This document shows positions 55,964 to 64,000 of a stretch of 64,000 nucleotides of DNA, one piece after another. A model generated the notes under the pieces. The model made no database searches and was not told where the DNA came from. It saw only the letters and a list, made by a program, of their open reading frames with translations. Both the position numbers and the translations under genes were made by a program. The stretch is taken from NCBI GenBank assembly GCA_964016885.1, contig OZ024753.1, forward strand, positions 41,788,001 through 41,852,000. Direction: 5' to 3'. Position 1 is the stretch's first letter. The number at the start of each line of letters is the position of its first letter. Source of the DNA: Eledone cirrhosa. Lineage: Eukaryota.

Positions 55964-58900
55964 CTGGAATGGAAAAGACAAAGAAAACATTATTAACCCT
56001 TTAGTATTTATATTACTCTATATTTATTATTGTATTTTCACAGTAAAGGCTTTACCTCACATAATATCGAATCTATGAGATTTTGATATTATTTATTTTG
56101 AGAACAATACCTTAACAACAGTATGAGCAGCCAGTTTAAACAGGAAGAAGTGAGAGAATTCTGACCAGATACGGCCAGTTTAAATACTAAATGATTAAAC
56201 AAACATTATTTTTTAAAGTATTTATCTAAATTCTTAATTATCATCATCATCGTTTAATGTCCATTTTCTACACTTACATGGGTTAGATAGGTTGTCACAT
56301 TATGAGACAAGTCAGGTCCAGAGCCCTGTCTTGCTTATATGTATCTGTATTATTATTATTATTAATTTAGAATATATATTGAGTCATTCCATAAATATTA
56401 GGTGTAGTGTTGACGAATCTCAGGAAGCATGGAGGTTTTAAAGGATGCAGTGTCTCAACAGCTAATAACTGAACAAACTACCTGCATCAGTTATTAGCTG
56501 TCGAGACACTGCATCCTTTAAAACTTCCATGCTTCCTGAGATTCGCCAACACTACACCTAATATTCCCCTTCCATACACATGCACACATGTATATCATGA
56601 CTCACTTCCCTGACATTTGTATATTATTCTATGTACCATACATGCACCTTTGATGAGTTGTAGTGCACCTGAGCACTGTACACAATTTCATTATTATAAT
56701 GTGGGTTTCTTTTTCAATTGCATGTAATAACAGTTGAAGTGGGTAGGGGATAAACACCTGTATAAACTTGCTATAAAAGCAGGTATTAAATACATCTTGT
56801 CCTCTTTCTTAGTACAAGTTTTGAAAATTGCAGTTTATCTTAACCCTTTAGCATTTAAACTGACCATATCCGGCAAGAATTCTCTCACCTCTTTCTGTTC
56901 AAACTGGCCACTCATACTGATGTTAAGGTATTGTTATCAAAATAAATAATATCAAAATCTCATAGATTCAATATTATGTGAGATAATTATGTAAGATAAA
57001 ACCTTTACCTTGAAAAATGTGAATGCTAAAGCCTTAAGTATTACAAAATGCTTACATATATATATATATATATATATAGCAAAAGAATGAACAACAACAT
57101 GGCCGGCTGTACAATAAGGTTTATAAACCCTATTGTACAGTCGAACATGTTATTCTTCATTCTTTTGCTATTATTACACCAAGAATCGCCTGCCTAGGAA
57201 CTTTCTTAAACCAGCCACCTGACTAAGGAAACTTCTTGTTGAGTCAAACAACGCTGTATGTTAAAACTACCCTCGACACAGAGTACTCATACCCTCTAGC
57301 TGGATTACCTTAAACGATACCTTGTTATCCTATATATATATATACATACACACTCACACATTTACATTACATAGAGCATTTACATTACTCTATATATACT
57401 ATTGTATTTTCACATAATATCGAATCTATGAGATTTTGATATTATTTATTTTGAGAACAATACCTTAACATCATTATGAGTGGCTGGTTACGGCTGGTTT
57501 GAACAGAAAGAGGAGAGAATTCTGGCCGGATTAGGCTGGTTTAAATTATAAACATAGTATGTAATATAAAGAAATGTACCTAAAATTTCTAATATGATAG
57601 AGGAAGTAAGCTGTCTTACCTGTTGGCTAATGAGGTCTAGCCTTTTGTCCAAAGTATTGACTACTTTGATTTTTCCTTGTTGAGCAAATACCTCCACACC
57701 ACCAGACCTGCAACAAAACAAAATAGTAGATTACATGTTGAATTATGGAATAATTACGAAATATTTACACTGAGTTGGCTAGAAAACTATAGTAATATGA
57801 AATATAGTAATACTTACACAGAGATAGCTAGAGAACTATAGTAATATACACTTCTATATTTACATAGAGGTGGCTAGAGAACTATAGTAATATACACTTC
57901 TATATTGACATAGAGGTGGCTATAGAACTATAGTAATATACACTTCTATATTTACATAGAGGTGGCTAGAGAACTATAGTAATATACACTTCTATATTTA
58001 CACAGAGATGGCTAGAGAACTATAGTAATATACACTTCTATATTTACACAGAGATAGCTAGAGAACTATAGTAATATACGCTTCTATATTTACATAGAGA
58101 TGGCTAGAGAACTATAGTAATATACACTTCTATATTTACATAGAGATGGCTAGAGAACTATAGTAATATACACTTCTATATTTACATAGAGATGGCTAGA
58201 GAACTATAGTAATATACACTTCTATATTTACACAGAGATGGCTAGAGAACTATAGTAATATACACTTCTATATTTACATAGAAGTGGCTAGAGATCTATA
58301 ATAATAATAATAATGAAATAATAATAATAATGAAATCATTGTGTACAGTGCTCAGGTGCACTACAACTCATCAAAGGTGCATGTATAGTACATAGAATAA
58401 TGTACAAATGTCAGGAAAATAAACAGTGTATGAGTCATGATATAATAACAATAACAATAACGAAATATTGTGCACAGTGCCCAGGTGCACCACAACTCAT
58501 CAAAAAAGTGCATGTACAGTACATAGGGCAATGCACAAACATCAGTAAAATGAACAGTGCACGAGTCATGATACACACATGTGTGCATGTGTATGGAAGG
58601 GGTACATCAGGTGTAGTTTTGGCGTATTTTGGGAAGCATGAGTGTCTTAAAGGATGCAGTGTCTCGGCAGCTAACAATTGACGCAGAGTAATATACACTT
58701 CTATATTTACACAGAGGTGGCTAGAGTACTATAGTAATATACACTTCTATATTTACACAGAGATAGCTAGAGAACTATAGTAATATACACTTCTATATTT
58801 ACACAGAGATGGCTAGAGTACTATAGTTATATACACTTCTATATTTACATAGAGATAGCTCGAGAACTATAGTAATATACACTTCTATATTTACACAGAG

Positions 58901-61900
58901 GTGGCTAGAGTACTATAGTAATATACACTTCTATATTTACACAGAGATAGATAGAGAACTATAGTAATATACACTTCTATATTTACACAGAGATGGCTAG
59001 AGTACTATAGTTATATACACTTCTATATTTACATAGAGATGGCTAGAGAACTATAGTAATATACACTTCTATATTTACACAGAGATAGCTAGAAAACTAT
59101 AGTAATATACACTTCTATATTTACACAGAGGTGGCTAGAGAACTATAGTAATATATACTTCTATATTTACACAGAGATGGCTAGAGAACTATAGTAATAT
59201 ACACTTCTATATTTACATAGAGATAGCTAGAGAACTATAGTAACATATACTTCTATATTTACACAGAGATGGCTAGAGAACTATAGTAATATACACTTCT
59301 ATATTTACACAGAGATGGCTAGAGAACTATAGTAATATACACTTCTATATTTACACAGAGATGGCTATAGAACTATAGTAATATACACTTCTATATTTAC
59401 ACACAGATAGCTAGAGAACTATAGTAATATACACTTCTATATTTACACAGAGATAGCTAGAAAACTATAGTAATATACACTTCTATATTTACACAGAGGT
59501 GGCTAGAGAACTATAGTAATATATACTTCTATATTTACACAGAGATGGCTAGAGAACTATAGTAATATACACTTCTATATTTACATAGAGATAGCTAGAG
59601 AACTATAGTAACATATACTTCTATATTTACACAGAGATGGCTAGAGAACTATAGTAATATACACTTCTATATTTACACAGAGATGGCTAGAGAACTATAG
59701 TAATATACACTTCTATATTTACATAGAGGTGGCTAGAGTACTATAGTAATATACACTTCTATATTTACACAGAGGTGGCTAGAGATCTATAGTAATATAC
59801 ACTTCTATATTTACACAGAGGTCGCTAGAGAACTATAGTAATATACACTTCTATATTTACATAGAGATAGGTAGAGAACTATAGCAATATACACTTCTAT
59901 ATTTACACAGAGATGGCTAGAGAACTATAGTAACATACACTTCTATATTTACACAGAGATAGCTACAGAACTATAGTAATATACACTTCTATATTTACAC
60001 AGAGATAGATAGAGAACTATAGTAATATACACTTCTATATTTACACAGAGATAGCTAGAGAACTATAGTAATATACACTTCTATATTTACACAGAGCTGG
60101 CTAGAGAACTATAGTCATATACACATCTATATTTACACAGAGATGTCTAGAGAACTATAGTAATATACACTTCTATATTTACACAGTGATGGCTAGAGAA
60201 CTATAGTAATATACACTTCTATATTTACACAGAGGTGGCTAGAGAACTATAGTAATATACACTTCTATATTTACATAGAGATAGCTAGAAAACTATATTA
60301 ATATACACTTCTATATTTACACAGAGATAGCTATAGAACTATAGTAATATACACTTCTATATTTACATAGAGGTGGCTAGAGAACTATAGTAATATACAC
60401 TTCTATATTTACACAGAGATGGCTAGAGAACTATAGTAATATACACTTCTATATTTACACAGAGATAGCTATAGAACTATAGTAATATACACTTCTATAT
60501 TGACATAGAGATGGCTAGAGAACTATAGTAATATACACTTCTATATTTACACAGAGATAGCTAGAGAACTATGGTAATATACACTTCTATATTTACACAG
60601 AGGTGGCTAGAGATCTATAGTAATATACACTTCTATATTTACATAGAGATGGCTAGAGAACTATGGTAATATACACTTCTATATTTACATAGAGATGGCT
60701 AGAGAACTATAGTAATATACACTTCTATATTTACATAGAGATGGCTAGAGAACTATAGTAATATACACTTCTATATTTACATAGAGATGGCTAGAGATCT
60801 ATAGTAATATACACTTCTATATTTACGTTGGACAAAGCATGTCTCTAAGATTGTCAAGAAGGCCGAGGGTGTCTTGGCATCACTCAGCAAGACCTTTGTT
60901 AGCCGCTCTCCAGCCATCTATTTAAAACTGTATACAGCTAAGGTGCGACCACACTTGGAATTCGCATCATCAGTCTGGAACCCCTATCTTGCTCGGAACA
61001 TTGACCTCCTGGAAACTGTTCAGAGACGTGCAACCAAGCGCATACCCTCCATCAGACACCTACCATACTCTGAACGCCTTGCTTCCCTGGGCATGGATTC
61101 ATTGCAGCTCCAACGTCTGGCAATGGACTTGGTGAATACCCACAAAGTGTTTAACCATCTCGCCAACTGCAACCCTGAGCACCTCTTTGATCTCCATGTG
61201 TCTAACACACGTGGACATGCCTACAAGATAAGAAAACAGCACAGCTCCCATGACTTTCGCAGACATTATTTCACGCTCAGAGTTGCTGAAGCATGGAACA
61301 AACTGCCTGCGTCAATTGTTAGCTGCCGAGACACTGCATCCTTTAAGACACTCATGCTTCCCGAAATACGCCAAAACTACACCTGATGTACCCCTTCCAT
61401 ACACATGCACACGTGTGTATCATGACTCGTGCACTGTTCATTTTACTGATGTTTGTGCATTGCCCTATGTACTGTACATGCACTTTTTTGATGAGTTGTG
61501 GTGCACCGATTATATTTACACAGAGGTGGCTAAAGAACTATAGTCATATACACATCTATATTTACACAGAGATGGCTAAAGAACTATAGTAATATACACA
61601 TCTATATTTACACAGAGGTGGCTATAGAACTATAGTAATATACACTTCTATATTTACACAGAGGTGGCTAAAGAACTATAGTAATATACACTTCTATATT
61701 TACATAGAGGTGGCTAGAGAACTATAGTAATATACACTTCTATATTTACACAGAGGTGGGTAGAGAACTATAGTAATATACACTCCTATATTTACACAGA
61801 GGTGGCTATAGAACTATAGTAATATACACTTCTATATTTACACAGAGGTGGCTAAAGAACTATAGTAATATACACTTCTATATTTACACAGAGGTGGCTA

Positions 61901-62998
61901 GAGAACTATAGTAATATACACTTCTATATTTACACAGAGGTGGCTAGAGAACTATAGTAATATACACTTCTATATTTACACAGAGGTGGCTAGAGAACTA
62001 TAGTAATATATACTTCTATATTTACACAGAGATAGCTAAAGAACTATAGTAATATACACTTCTATATTTACAGAGCTGGCTAAAGAACTATAGTAATATA
62101 CACTTCTATATTTAAATAGAGATGGCTAGAGAACTATAGTAATATATACTTCTATATTTACACAGATAGCTAGAGAACTATAGTAATATAGACTTCTATA
62201 TTTAAATAGAGATGGCTAGAGAACTATAGCAATATACACTTCTATATTTACACAGAGATGGCTAGAGAACTATAGTAATATACACTTCTATATTTACACA
62301 GAGATGGCTAGAGAACTATAGTAATATACACTTCTATATTTACACAGACATAGCTAGAGAACTATAGTAATATACACTTCTATATTTACACAGAGATGGC
62401 TAGAGAACTATAGTAATATACACTTCTATATTTACACAGACATAGCTAGAGAACTATAGTAATATACACTTCTATATTTACACAGAGATGGCTAGAGAAC
62501 TATAGTAATATACACCTCTATATTTACATAGAGGTGGCTAGACAACTATAGCAATATACACTTCTATATTTACACAGAGATAGCTACAGAACTATAGTAA
62601 TATACACTTCTATATTTACATAGAGGTGGCTAGAGAACTATAGTAATATACACTTCTATATTTACACAGAGATGGCTAGAGAACTATAGTTATAAATACT
62701 ATAATAATACTTACACAGAACTGGCCAGAAAACTATAGTAATATACACTTCTATACTTACACAGAGATGGCTAGAGAACTATAGTAATATGAAATATAGT
62801 AATATTTACACAGAGGTGGTTAGAGAACTATAGTGATATATAATATAATAATACTTACACAGAGCTGGCTAGAAAATTATCTGTATTGACAGTGACTTTA
62901 ACATCTTTCTTTGTTGCAGCTTTGAAGTTTTCCTGACATTGAGGCAAAATTTCCTTAAGATTAAAATAAGAAATAAAGTCGTAGGCAGTTAGAACTTG

Positions 62999-63036
<38 letters not shown>

Positions 63037-63149
63037 TTTATAATTTACATTATGACAATAAATAATCAATCATAACTCACCTTCACAAAACTGACATCTT
63101 GTTCACGGCATTTAATAACTACATTGGTTTCAAGAAGTTGGAACAAAGC
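55901..63149 (-). CDS. ATP6V1E1: V-type proton ATPase subunit E, last four exons, 5'-partial: 63149-63081, 62953-62859, 57707-57620, 55963-55901
   Basis: Canonical AG/GT boundaries. Joined translation: ALFQLLETNVVIKCREQDVSFVK-EILPQCQENFKAATKKDVKVTVNTDNFLASSV-SGGVEVFAQQGKIKVVNTLDKRLDLISQQ-MLPQLREILFGKNVNRRFLN*, matching the subunit E C-terminus (GGVE, NTLxxRL, LFGxNxNR). Confidence 0.96.
56395..56700 (+). mobile_element. CR1-like 3' end with an inverted duplication
   Basis: 56480-56700 matches the CR1 3' end; 56395-56471 is the reverse complement of about 56487-56565. Confidence 0.85.
57620..57707 (-). CDS. ATP6V1E1: ATP6V1E exon (SGGVEVFAQQGKIKVVNTLDKRLDLISQQ)
   Basis: tgcAG acceptor, GTaaga donor; 88 nt. 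Confidence 0.96.
58299..58687 (-). mobile_element. CR1-like LINE 3' end inserted in the 46-bp satellite
   Basis: Matches 23833-24178, including 3' UTR and tail. Confidence 0.92.
60826..61507 (+). mobile_element. CR1-like LINE 3' fragment inserted in the 46-bp satellite
   Basis: ORF 60874-61386 is nearly identical to 24097-24609. Confidence 0.93.
62859..62953 (-). CDS. ATP6V1E1: ATP6V1E exon (EILPQCQENFKAATKKDVKVTVNTDNFLASS(V))
   Basis: ttaAG acceptor, GTaagt donor; 95 nt. Confidence 0.93.
63081..63149 (-). CDS. ATP6V1E1: ATP6V1E exon (ALFQLLETNVVIKCREQDVSFVK)
   Basis: poly-T AG acceptor, GTgagt donor; 69 nt. Confidence 0.93.
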
Positions 63150-64000
63150 CTAAAAAAAAAAAAACAGTTTTCAAAACTCAAAATTAGAAATACAACACTC
63201 GTAAAAAATAAGTTTAGAATTTACTTTTTTATTTTGGCAAATAAGGAATTTTACCCTCTTAACCCTTTAGCATTTACATTACTCTATATATACTATTATA
63301 TTTTCACGGTAATGGCTTTACCTCACATAATATCGAATATATGAGATTTTAATATTATTTATTTTGAGAACAATACCTTAACATCAGTGTGAGTGGCCGG
63401 TTTCATTTGGGATCGGATTGGGGATCCGGGATCAGGTCAGATCAGATGAAAACACTCTGTCTAGCTCAGCTTGGTTTGGTTTAGCTCTCTCCACACCACC
63501 AATGTTGTCCAAGGTAAAGGCAAAAGCTGATACAACCTGGCACCAGCTAAGTGGATTATGAGCATTGTGAAAGTAAAGTGTCTTGCCCAAGGATACAACA
63601 CATTGCTTTTGTTGCAGGAATCAAACTCACAACCTCAGTCACAAGCCTACCACCCTAACACCCGAGATTTAGCATTTAAACTGGCCAGAATTCTCTCACC
63701 TCCTTTTGTTCAAACTGGCCATAACCAGCCACTCATACTGAAGTTAAGGTATTGTTCTCAAAATAAATAATGTCAAAATCTCATAGATTTGATATTATAT
63801 GAGATAAATATGCGAGGTAAAGCTTTTACTGTGAAAACACAATAGTAAATATAGAGTAATGTAAATGTTATGTGAGATAAATATGCGAGGTAAAGCTTTT
63901 ACTGTGAAAACACAATAGTAAATATAGAGTAATGTAAATGTTATGTGAGATAAATATGCGAGGTAAAGCTTTTACTGTGAAAACACAATAGTAAATATAG

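Larger units (their letters stand above)
57760..62858. repeat. 46-bp intronic satellite, roughly 85-90 copies, interrupted by two CR1 fragments
   Basis: Unit TATTTACACAGAGATGGCTAGAGAACTATAGTAATATACACTTCTA. Confidence 0.97.

Noticed and set aside
57760-62858. CRISPR-like appearance of regular arrays (also 2554-3645, 29178-29825, 38328-39957)
   Set aside because: Head-to-tail repeats without unique spacers, no cas genes, eukaryotic context.

Overview
AT-rich, repeat-dense, intron-containing animal genomic DNA. The SINE/LINE complement resembles octopus/coleoid cephalopod (inference). Two convergent protein-coding genes were reconstructed from splice sites. (1) S-adenosylmethionine decarboxylase (AMD1), + strand: 11 coding exons from 6753 to 16865, first exon not found and probably upstream. 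It includes a 28-nt micro-exon and an AT-AC minor-spliceosome (U12) intron at 11313-12140. Its TAG stop is followed by a hairpin and a 66-codon in-frame open tail, a readthrough candidate reminiscent of vertebrate AMD1. (2) The last four exons of V-ATPase subunit E (ATP6V1E), - strand, 55901-63149. One intron is filled by a 46-bp satellite that resembles the exon's own 3' end plus splice donor. The intergenic region holds a near-complete frameshifted CR1-like LINE, RTE fragments (one with a PHD finger inside the RT), CRE-like and hAT remnants, SINEs, MITEs and hammerhead-ribozyme motifs. It also holds several tandem arrays, about 7.5 kb of TA-based microsatellite, and a duplicated, apparently non-coding promoter/exon module. 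The long I/Y-rich ORFs in the ORF track are microsatellite artefacts.
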